NCBI GenBank assembly: GCA_047967505.1
Contig: CM106538.1
Strand: one strand, 5' to 3'
DNA from: Dipteris shenzhenensis
Lineage: Eukaryota
Length of the DNA: 64,000 nt
This document shows positions 26,211 through 36,720 of this stretch, one piece after another. The translations under genes and the position numbers were made by a program. Position 1 is the stretch's first letter, and every line of letters starts with the position of its first letter. The notes under the pieces were generated by a model. The model did no database searches. It had not been told where the DNA came from and saw only the letters and a program-made list of their open reading frames with translations.

Positions 26211-27944
26211 ATTCCTCCTCAAGATGTAGTGGGTGCTTTTCCTTAACTCCAAGACTTCTCTATTCCTCTCAAGGGCATTCATTTTAGCATGTTCACAAGT
26301 GACCTCCATTCGAGAGCCAGCATGAAGGATGTATTTGATATGCATGAATTTCTTAGGGAGACATTGACAAAGTTGCCAAGATCATAGGCATTCTTATTCT
26401 ATCATTGGCCATAATTTGATATATAGGCCAACTTAACCGTTCACAATAACTTGTGGCGTTTATTTTGACTCAATCATTGGTAACACGTAGTCATTTACTA
26501 ATCGACTAGTCTTTAATCCAAATGGACTTCTCTCTTTTATGCATATTCTCTTGTTTCCTTTACCATGTTTTTGGTCTTTGCTTTTTATAAGGGATGATCT
26601 ACAACTTAACAGGGGGAATGATCAAGGATCTAACTTGTACTCATTTACAAACTCACTGCACAGTCATTGTGTTCACATGTGCATACTATGATATTATCAA
26701 ATTTTCCTTTTAAGTCTTGGTTGCTATCCCAAACACGTTCGTCATGTCTTCCATTGTCTTCTTCGCACCCCTTTGCCAGCATCATGTACCATGTCGTCTT
26801 CGGCATCTTCATCTGCCAATAGAATGTGAAGGCTGTTGGAATCATTTTTCACATGAACACCAATAGTCGCGTCCCCGATTGAGCCGCCGCCTCCTAACTG
26901 AGGATCCTCCTCCTCGACTGAGGATCTCTCCCCCACCGAGCATCCTCCTCCTTGATCTCCTCCAAGCTTGGCTCCCATTGCCTCCAAGTTCGGCTTCTAC
27001 ATCCTCCAAGCTTAAGCTCCATGCCAATCTCTATAGAAAGTTCACTCAAGGGCATTCCTTTTAGCACGTCCATGAGTCAGCTCCATTGGAGGGAAGTCTT
27101 TATGCAAGCCTATTTACTATCCATATGACCTTCACTGAAATAGGCAGTGCATTGATGTGCTACCTATTGTGGTGGGAGGAGCATAAAAAATGTCACCCCA
27201 CTACAAGCCATTTCATGCTTAAGAGAGTCACCCATTTGAAGCTAAAGAGAGATCCATTTGACGCTTGTGACATCAAAATGGACAATGTGTCAATGCTCTA
27301 CCCATTTTGGTGTCACAAGCATCAAATGGGTCTCCTCTTTACAGTTATGAAGGGTAACACATTAGAGAGACAAAGGAGCAATTTGGATGCCCTTTCCATC
27401 AAAATGGCCTACACATCAACACATTGCCCATTTCGGTGGAAAGGGCATCCAAAAAGATCCTTTGTATTACAGGCACATTGAATGGTGGGAGGCAACAAAG
27501 TAGTACCTTGCAACAAGGTCACAGGCGAACAATTGAAGACAAATCATGAAAGGGGTTGTCAATGAAAATAGATCAGAGAAGAGGACACAGACATTGATTT
27601 TGACACATATATTGGTTCTTACACAGATATTAGTTATCAACACAACGCTCCATATACGACAAAGAATGAAAAGCACATCATGTCAAAAACAACATTATCT
27701 AGATAGTTGATGACAAGTAGGGGTGAGAGAAGGGATGCCAAGGTAGGAGCTTGGAGGAGGGTCATAGCTCAAAGAGCCCGGGAGAGGGAAGGAATGTTGA
27801 GGTTGGGGCTCGAAGGAGGGTCACACATCAGAGAGCTCGAGGAGAGGGAAGGAATGCCATGGTGGATGACAGACTAATTGCTTGTAGAAAAGCTTATGCA
27901 GGAACCAAACAACTCCACAAGTCTCATTCGTGCATTGAATTCAA

Positions 27945-27968
27945 CTAGCTTTCCTTTCCATGCCTCAA
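27945..27968 (-). pseudogene. Candidate terminal exon (LRHGKES*) of the split pseudogene
   Basis: ctacag acceptor sits exactly where array homology ends; phase-0 continuation of ...EEALHECQ. Confidence 0.4.
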
Positions 27969-27969
27969 C

Positions 27970-29153
27970 TGTAGCTATGACAATGTTTAAATTGACCAAT
28001 GCAACATATGCAATGTCATACATACCAAGAAAAGGGAAACTTTACCTTCCTAAGAATAAAAGAGAAAAGTGATACTTAAAAGCTCAAGGAAAATTCCTTA
28101 GATAAAAAAGCCTTAAATAATAATTAAAGTTATAATCAATGTAGCATGATGGTCTAGCTCAATACGTATGACATTTTCTTGGGAGATGGGGTTAATTAAA
28201 CATTACTACAAAGACCTGACATTCATGTAAGGCGTTCTCTCTAAATGTGATATATAATGTTGGAGTCCACAACTTCGCATGTAACCAAATTTCATACCGA
28301 AGTTATAGCATATAAGTACAATTGATGTCTTGTTGCCAAGGCAAGGAGTCCCAATGCCTCTACTCAGATTATCCCTCTTTGCCCTTGACAAAAAGGCCAA
28401 TTAAATTATCCATGTACATAAGGATCCACTGACAACAACGAGAGCACGACACCTGTCTTTCAAAGTTGCAAGACTCATGTACATGGCTATACCAATGTTT
28501 AAACTGACCAATGCAACATATGCATGCTGATGCGCAATGCCATACATACCAAGACTTCTCGTTCCTAAAAATAAAAGATGAAAGTTATATACACCTTTGT
28601 ACAACTACAATATATCCAATCGTCCAATTGTACGACGAAAGTTATACTTAAAAGCTCAATGAAAAATCCTTAAATAAAAAGCACTTAGACAAGAATTAAA
28701 GTTAGAATCAGTGGAACATGATGCAATAATCACAGGTCTAGCTTAGTACGTAAGACCTTTTCTTGGGAGATGGGGTCAATTGAACATGACAAACCTAACA
28801 TTCATGTAAGGCCTTCTCTAATTGTGATATATAATGTTGGAGTCCACTTGCAATTAAAACTTTGCGTTAACCAAATTTCATATGTAAGTTATATCATGAA
28901 GTACAATTGATGCCTTGTTACCAAGGCAAACAGTCCCAATACCTCCACTCAAATAATCCCTCTTTGCCCTTGTAAAAACCAGTTACACTTTCTGATGTAC
29001 ATAAGGATCCACTGACAACGGGAGCACATGACACCTATCTTTCAGAGCTGCAAGACTCATAATGCTAGCCCACCACATTCTGACCAGCAGCACCCATATT
29101 TTTATATAATGCCATGGCTATACCAATGTTTAAACTAACCAATGCAACACATG
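27970..29153 (-). repeat. Two copies (3 and 4) of a ~580-640-bp exon-pair repeat unit
   Basis: Colinear with 52561-53756, sharing tacttaaaagctcaa, ttttcttgggagatgggg, acattcatgtaaggc, gtacaattgatg and atccctctttgcccttg. Confidence 0.92.
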
Positions 29154-30784
29154 AATTGGGTAGCCGACCCAGTCCACCCAAAACGATCGATTGGGGGTCG
29201 GTCCCGACCTTCCTCCTCCTTTAGCTTCCTTCTTGCTTCCATTTTGTCACATTTAGTATTAGAGCAAGCTGTAGCTTGCTTCCCAATGCCTCTTATGCCC
29301 TTGGGCATGACTGCTGTTATATTAAACTAACACTGATATGAAGAAAGTTACCGTGAATATTGTTGCAAAGAAAGAGTCTACAAAGATTTGCATGGAGCAA
29401 TGTGAGGAGGCTATTAGTGAATTTGCAGGGGAAAGATGATGGTGTGTTTCTTGGTATGGTGTTCATCGTCGGCAAGATCACTTGGAAGGGCTGTCAGCAC
29501 ATGGCCAAGGCTTTTCTTGACTTGGCGGGGTTCCATTGTCAAGGTTGGCCTCGTCTTGTGGCTGGTCGTCCACATGGTGGACCCTGTGATGGCCTTGTGC
29601 GGCCAGTCTCTGCCCCCCTAGTTTGTCCGCCCTCTGACATGAAGCCAACAAAAACACTAGCACTCTGTAAATTTCTCTCCACACAGGTCTCCCTACTTCC
29701 CTTGGGTTGTAAGCTTTATTTTTATGCTTCTATCTCTAGAGTGATACTTGCCCCATCATTTTTCTCTTGTAATTTGATATGGGTTTGAGTGGTGTGTGAT
29801 AACTAGGATTATACTTAGTTTTTCCAATGTTTCCGTGCTCTGGCTTTATTGATGGCTCTTTAGACATTTCTTTTGTTATAAGCACACTATTCAAAATATT
29901 TGGACTTGTGTAAGGTCCAATTTTAAAACTGGACTAAGGAAAAGTCTAAAATTCACGAATACACTACTAATGAAGCTTTTAAATCTAACTTTTAAAACCA
30001 AAGTTTAGTGAGAAAACTAAATACTTGCTGAGATTATGAAAATACTTCCTATGATGAATATTGTGCTAATGATGAATAGTGTGCTAATCCAAGTTTTAAA
30101 GATTAACCAAATATTTGATATGATTTTTTAAGATTAAACAAATAATTTTTAAGATTAACCAATAATGATACAAGTCAAAAAATTTCCATGAACATCAATT
30201 GTAGTTTCTATCATTTCTTAAGAACATCAATAGATGACCAATCCTCTTAGAAAAGTGATGCACATATACATGTTCTTGGTGTTAAAATACACCCTTAAGT
30301 ATAAAATCAATTAAATTTAAACAATTACTATACACACTAATAAGAGTAAAGACATCAAAACAAATGAAAAACAAAGTACTTGATCATACATATTAATGAG
30401 AGCCAAAATAGATTGCTTTATTCCAATATTCTTTTAAATTGAAGTTCAAAGCTCTTGACTACCACATTCGTGGGTACCAAGCTCTTCAATGGATCTTGAC
30501 TAACACCAAGGTCTGACTAGTAGGGTGGTATACTGGCTACTCTAGAGGATTAGGGTCCTAATTACAAAGCTGCTCTGGAGTATGCTTTACATTAATCTTC
30601 AAGCTTTGAGGTTCTGGCTCATTGCTTGCCCCACCTTCTTCACTTCCCTGTCCTTCAAATGAGATGTTGGGTGGCTTACTAGGTTTAAATTTCTCTTATT
30701 TTTCCACTTTTATAGGTTTCCCTTTTCTTGTGACGTGATGGAATACTTCTTAGAGTCATCAGTCTCTGAGCCACTAGCTGCTTT

Positions 30785-30822
<38 letters not shown>

Positions 30823-30949
30823 TTGGCACTTTTACCTTCAAAGAACGTAGTGTGATTGTAATACGTGTCAAAATACTAGGTTTGATGGGGGGTATCAATG
30901 ACATTTACATTTACACCCTTCCATAGAAATTTTCGAGTAGAGCGAAACC

Positions 30950-33600
30950 CATTCGGTATAGTGCTACACCCATCCATCCTTCAGTAAGTTTCCTAGCATC
31001 TCCTTAGTCAAGTTGGGTTCCATCGGCTTTCGATAGTCCACCATTGCCGCATCCAAGTCTACCTTTTTTGACTCAAAGTAAATGAGCTCCACAACCTTTA
31101 TAGGAATTTAAAGAGGACCAAAACGCCTTTTTAAGAAATAAACCAAGAAAGGCTACAAGACTTGAGTGGCCGTGCCTTTCAGGATGTTCATGGGATGATG
31201 ATGAACTATACCATGATATACTTTTGAAATTGGATACCCAATTACAACTGTCAAACTAGCATACAAGGGATCCCTTTGTGCTTTTGTCACAAAGAGGACC
31301 AACGTGATATTTTCTTGTCTGCCAAAGGACCTTGGATGATAAACTATACAAGATCAACTATCCCCGATACTCCAAGATCCTATAACTCATCCATGAAAAA
31401 CACACATGCTTCTCCCAAGCACCAGTGGTCATTGCCATGAAGCACTCTGTATCAATGCCATTGATGTGTGCAGATTTTGTATCATCCTTTGATAACAAGA
31501 TATTATAGAAGAAGCTACAAGAAGAACTAGCTATACTATACCTAGCACAATGTGCTCCAAGATCGTCTTCTTGATCTATACATACTCTTTCTCTATAACC
31601 TTTGGCATTTTTTCTTTTAGATCCTTTGTTGGTGTGGCATCCACATCCATTGAACTCAGCCACTTTTTAGACCACATCTTGTCACAATCAAGTGACTAAG
31701 GCCAAATGTTTTTTTCTTATTGACATTAACTGATTTACCGCGGCCAACTCATCATCCAAACTTAGTATAAATAGTTTTGTCGAGAGAGCAACTTCACTTT
31801 TGACCATTCGGGTGACCACTTCACCCAAGTGGCTATGCTTGCTCTTCTTTCCAAAGAAGCAGTCACCACTAAGGATCTGTTGGCATATGTCCTTTGTATT
31901 TCATTTGGAACATTCCTTAATGGTCTCCACCAAAGAGCCACCAAATGACAGAGATCTGTTTTATTATTGCTTTCTTCTAATCTACTATATGCTTTGGTAC
32001 TTCATAGGATATCTTCCCTATTTTATATGATTGAAAGGTTGACTCCTCATGAAACACAATGCAAGTATATTTCCTATATCTTGCAATGACTTGGTTGTAT
32101 ATCGCCTGTATATCGTTTACTTGGATACTTGGTTGTATATCGCCTGTATATCGTTTACTACACCCTTCAAGCATTAGTAGAAGCGACTTCTCTTTGCCAT
32201 GTATTCAGATGTAGGTCTCTTTGCCTTTAGTATTTGTAGTTTGCCACATCCATTAGGAAAAAGTGGAGCTCATTTTGGGGCCTTGTAAGAAATTCATGAA
32301 ATTTTCATTTTCTTGGCTCAAAACTAAAAAGTTATAGAGTGAGAAGTATAAATTTATGCGGTCGAGCATTGAATTGGAGATATAAATCGTGAAATAGATA
32401 AACTAACATTTTGAAGTTCCCTCTTGAGTGTTTTTTAGTGTGTCATAAATGCTATGTCCAAGGACCCAAATGATTTTCTACTATTTTGGTTCAGAATTTG
32501 GTGGTTTCGGCATCACCATTGTGTCCAACCCCCAAAATGACTTTTGAATCACTAAATGGCCTCTGAAAGTGATCAGAATGACCAAAACAGGTGCCTGATA
32601 GGAGTGTGCCATTTATGACACATTAAAAAATGCTCGAGTAGGAACTTTGAAATGTCAGTTTATTTATTTCGGGATTTGGTGTAGCATTTATGACACACTA
32701 GAAAACAGAGTCTATTTTTTGTCTAACCTAAAAGGACCCAAAATGAGCTCCATTTTTTCCTAATGCGATCCATAACTCCCTTGCCTTTGTTAGGTCTCAT
32801 AAAGGGTTGAGCTTTTCTTCATTGAAAATGAACCAAATTCAACCAATATGATTCAAGAATGTACTTTAGTTGTTCTTAAATAGGCATATATAACAAATGA
32901 CTCATTGAAACCTTTCTATCCACTCAACCTGTGGTAAGTTTCCTTTTCATCCCTCATCAAGGGTGATCCTGCAAGCTTCACAAAAATGCTGCCCATCAAT
33001 GCGCTCAAACTTGCATCTGTCCAAGAACCTGCTCTTTGCCATCATATATCTCTTGTCGATTTCACTCCCATATCTGTTCTGGTACAATTAAGCTGACAAT
33101 TTCCAAATGTATCCCTCCTCTTCAAAGAGGATGTAAGTCTGCCATGCTTAAATAAAAATTCACAATTGCATCTTCTTCATTTGCATTCTCTTCATCACTA
33201 TCAAAATCCTTGCATTTTGTAAATAAGCTACACTCAAATGGCCTACATGTGGAGCTCGAGTTGTTTTGGGTTTCTTTGTCAGAATAGCTATACAAGTCAA
33301 ACATGTCCTAGAACGACTCCTTCATGTTCTTGTAGTTACAGCTAAAGATGGTGTTCTTGTAGTTATAGCCGGAGATGTTGTGGGGAGTACAACCCTGGAA
33401 CGAGATGGTACTAGTGGCACACTTACTATAGGTACTACAAAAACACTCGGTAATGCATCCTATATTTTTCTCAAAGATCCCAAGGCATCAAGTAATTTTG
33501 GATATCATCACACTTAATCTGGTACTGGTACAGCCTTCAAGAAGAACGTCTTGTCACTAACACATAACTTGTACACCAAATCTTCATCATTCTTGCGTTT
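30950..33600 (-). mobile_element. Decayed hAT-like transposase
   Basis: In minus-strand order: BED-like HFCEACRI (~32990), FMAMTTGAW resembling the F.LTTD.W catalytic motif (~31430), and IESRWNPT..EML resembling TRWNST..ML (~31030). Confidence 0.55.
32251..32765. mobile_element. Foldback/MITE-like element with terminal and internal inverted repeats
   Basis: 29-bp TIRs (cattaggaaaaa(g/a)tggagctcattttggg, 28/29 by eye) at 32251-32279 and 32737-32765. An inner inverted pair lies at ~32390-32452 / ~32610-32670. Confidence 0.85.
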
Positions 33601-33825
33601 GCACATAGCTTCCATCAAACCATTGTCTTGAATATTTATTCATGAGACTATTCTAGCATTTTATACTATTTTTGGACTATATCTAGAAAAATAAATAGTG
33701 TGCAAAATGAAGAATGAAGCATACAAGGGTTGTCAGCATGACAAAGCCCTAGTATGGCCACCCAACTAGGATTAAGCCACACACACACACAAACTTAACC
33801 CACTAGGTAGGGTTAGGGGTGCATG

Positions 33826-33866
<41 letters not shown>

Positions 33867-35988
33867 GTCATATCATCTATCGAGAGGGAGCTTTCTTGCA
33901 TGCATATTGCTAGGTAGACAATGAGTAGAAAATGGTTGGATATAGCTCATGTAGTGCATGATTGGAGAGTGTATACAAGTTGCAATTTCATGATAAAAAA
34001 ATTAAAATGAAATTGGTAGTGTTCTTTCTTTCCACTCATTTCCTTCACTAGTGGTTGTGCCTATCTTGATAAAGGGGCCACTTACTTTGGGATGAATACC
34101 ATCTCATCACTATGGCCCACCACACATGGACATATGTGGACCACCAAAGTCAATTACTATTCTAGTTCATCTTCTTCAATGCCTGGTGCCTAATGTCCAT
34201 GGAGTGCTATTGAGGAGGCCTGTGGAACTACATGGGACGTAGCAAGCTCAAGCACCTTCCCTTTGTCATTCGTCAAGAACACAAGAAATACTTCTCAATA
34301 TCTGAAGAATACTTGAAAGAGGTTCTTAATACGCACTAATGATTAAGTGCCTTTGCAATTAATTTGTTGAAGGCATCTTTCGAGGGTGTGGTGATGTGGG
34401 TAGATTTACTCAAGGAGATTATTGCAGAGTTTCCTTCCAAAACATTGCTGAAGGGAGCTCTTAATTTCATCCAAGCAAGCTTAACCTTGAGAAACCAATC
34501 CTATGAGCTAATAAGAAGGCTAGGGACATGTATGGTTAACCAAAACACCACAAGTCTCAACATTTCGAGATATCCCCAATGGGGAAAGATTCCAATAGCT
34601 TCATTAATTGGAATCATGTGATTGTATGTCGAGGCAATGAACAAATAGTTGAGGAAATAATCTCACAAAGCTAAGTTTTACACTCATCAATCACTCTTGA
34701 TGACAAGATGGATATCTCCTCTTTTGATCCAATTTTATGATGACTATTTCCTTCCCTTTTTCCGCTTGCATGGCTTTCCTCTTCTTCTATTTAGCATATA
34801 CGAACGCTCTTAAGGTGATATTATAGTGGTATCCCCAACAACAACGAGAGCAATATGAAGTGATGGAGGAAGTGGAGCATCAAACACCTAAGGTTCTTTT
34901 TTTTTTCAAAGAAGACCTAAGGTTCCTTGACAATGAGGTCTACAATCAGGGGCTTTCATCCCATGTGTTTTCATTCCCACCCCTGTAAGGTCAATTCGTT
35001 TGGCGATTTTATTAATGCACAACACAAGACAAACCCTCTGCTTGTTACAGTTCCCATTCTTAGATGTTTGTTCTTGCTTCCCACCCCCGATTTCGTGCAT
35101 GATGCAACGAAGGAAAATACATTTGCTAAAAAATATTTCCTTCTGCGCTGAAAATTTCGATGTGCTATGCGTTGTTTCTTCCAGACCACAAAGAAACTGC
35201 AAACTTCAAAAGTATCTCAGCAAAGCAGACGCTGCATGGCTGTCGACAGGAACATATCTCTAACCATGTGCCTATGTTTTTGTTTGGTGTTCTGTCTGGT
35301 GTTCTCTCGAAGATGTTTCAGCCAGACAATAAAAAGAAGGCACGGATAAGCGAAGAAAATCAAAATGAGTGCAATGCTCATCTCGGTCTCAAACCTGTGC
35401 CTGGATTATCCAAGTGATCCTTTCATAAACACACGTTGCAATTGGCAACAGAAAACAGCAAAGCGAAAAGTATAATACAGACGATCGTTAAAGGAATTTC
35501 CTCCATTTTTTAACTGAACATGAATCGATTCCGAACCGCAAGACATTGCCATCAGGTTTATCAAATAACAGGAGACGAGTCAATGTATATAGTCCCACGG
35601 AGAACAAGTAAGCGAGAACGAAAGGGATATTCCAGGAGACTGGCCAAAAATTAGTTGACCATATGTGTTCTCAACTGGATGACTTACAATGTTCGAGGAG
35701 AAGAAAGTAGAAACAGACGAAATACACATCAAAGCAGCGGCCAAAGATTAGTTGACCAGCAATGCTACCAGTTCGCACCTTGAAAAGCGGGGCAGAATGG
35801 ACGTTCAAGGAAAACAAAGCAGAAACAGACGAAACAGGATTTCGGCCATGAAAGCACAGATCAAGGCCCTTTCGCTCCTCGCTCCAAAGCTGCTACCCTG
35901 CAATAGATGATGAAATCTAGATTCCAGATCGCTTGATACGATGAAATTCATGCAAGAACTTTGTAAAACACTTGAAATCCAGATCGCT

Positions 35989-36720
35989 TTAAAGACTACC
36001 TGCATGGTCAAGACGTAGCTTACGGACTTCCAATCCTACGAGGAGTGGCTCGCACCCGGAAAAGCGAGGCAGAAACCACTTGTTTTCAATTGCATTGTTC
36101 AAATCTATCAACACTTCGTTTAATAGGTCAGCATCGACTCGCTGATCCGGCTCGCCTGTGTCGAAGAGATGACAGCCCGTATCCCGAATTCTCTTGACCT
36201 TAACGTAAACACTGATGCCGTTTAGGATGTCGTCCGAAGTGCATTCCTGTGTTTGTATCCCTTCGTGTTGATATGTTTCCAGGAAACTTTCGTTTGCTTT
36301 TTTCAATGCATCAAGGTAGGTTCTTCTTTTTGTTTGCGATTCAGTGTAAATCAATGCCCTCACAAGACGAATATAACTGTGACTTCTGTAGCGCAGCACC
36401 TCCTCGTCCCGGCAGACATCAAACATCTTGTAAAATTCGTTTTTAGACTTTTTGTTGCGCAATCTGTTCGCCATCTCTTCCAAGGCCTGGTTGAGATGCG
36501 TGTTGAGGTTGTAGGCAGTTCGTTTCAGCATGCTGACAATCACCACCTCCCGAGTACACAAAAGCTGATCATATAATACACTATTTCGGTTTTTCAGAAT
36601 CTCCATCTCTTCCTGAAGCTTCGAACAGAAGTCCTGAAGCTTCGAACAGAAGTCCTCAAGTGTCTCTACCTTCTGTTCGAGCTTGTTAATTTGCGCGGCC
36701 TCGTCGACAGCTTCGAGCAT
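35989..36720 (-). CDS. Orphan protein (243 aa from the first usable ATG; frame open to 36924): N-terminal coiled coil, helical C-terminal part with an R-x4-H motif
   Basis: Long stop-free frame in a CpG-rich island; heptad pattern INKLEQKVETLEDFCSKLQDFCSKLQEEMEILKNRNSVL; RDTGCH at 36186-36169. No family recognised. Confidence 0.7.
   Translation of the reverse strand: MLEAVDEAAQINKLEQKVETLEDFCSKLQDFCSKLQEEMEILKNRNSVLYDQLLCTREVVIVSMLKRTAYNLNTHLNQALEEMANRLRNKKSKNEFYKMFDVCRDEEVLRYRSHSYIRLVRALIYTESQTKRRTYLDALKKANESFLETYQHEGIQTQECTSDDILNGISVYVKVKRIRDTGCHLFDTGEPDQRVDADLLNEVLIDLNNAIENKWFLPRFSGCEPLLVGLEVRKLRLDHAGSL

Noticed and set aside
29152-29265. Possible ~100-bp LTR (tg...tcaca) plus degenerate PBS tagtattagagc at the left edge of the 23-kb block
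   Set aside because: No second LTR or gag found; noted only as a possible retroelement end.
35902-35998. Possible intron at the end of the orphan ORF (CAG|gtagtc...ttgcag|G)
   Set aside because: It would only change the terminus from DHAGSL* to DHAG*; undecidable without transcripts.
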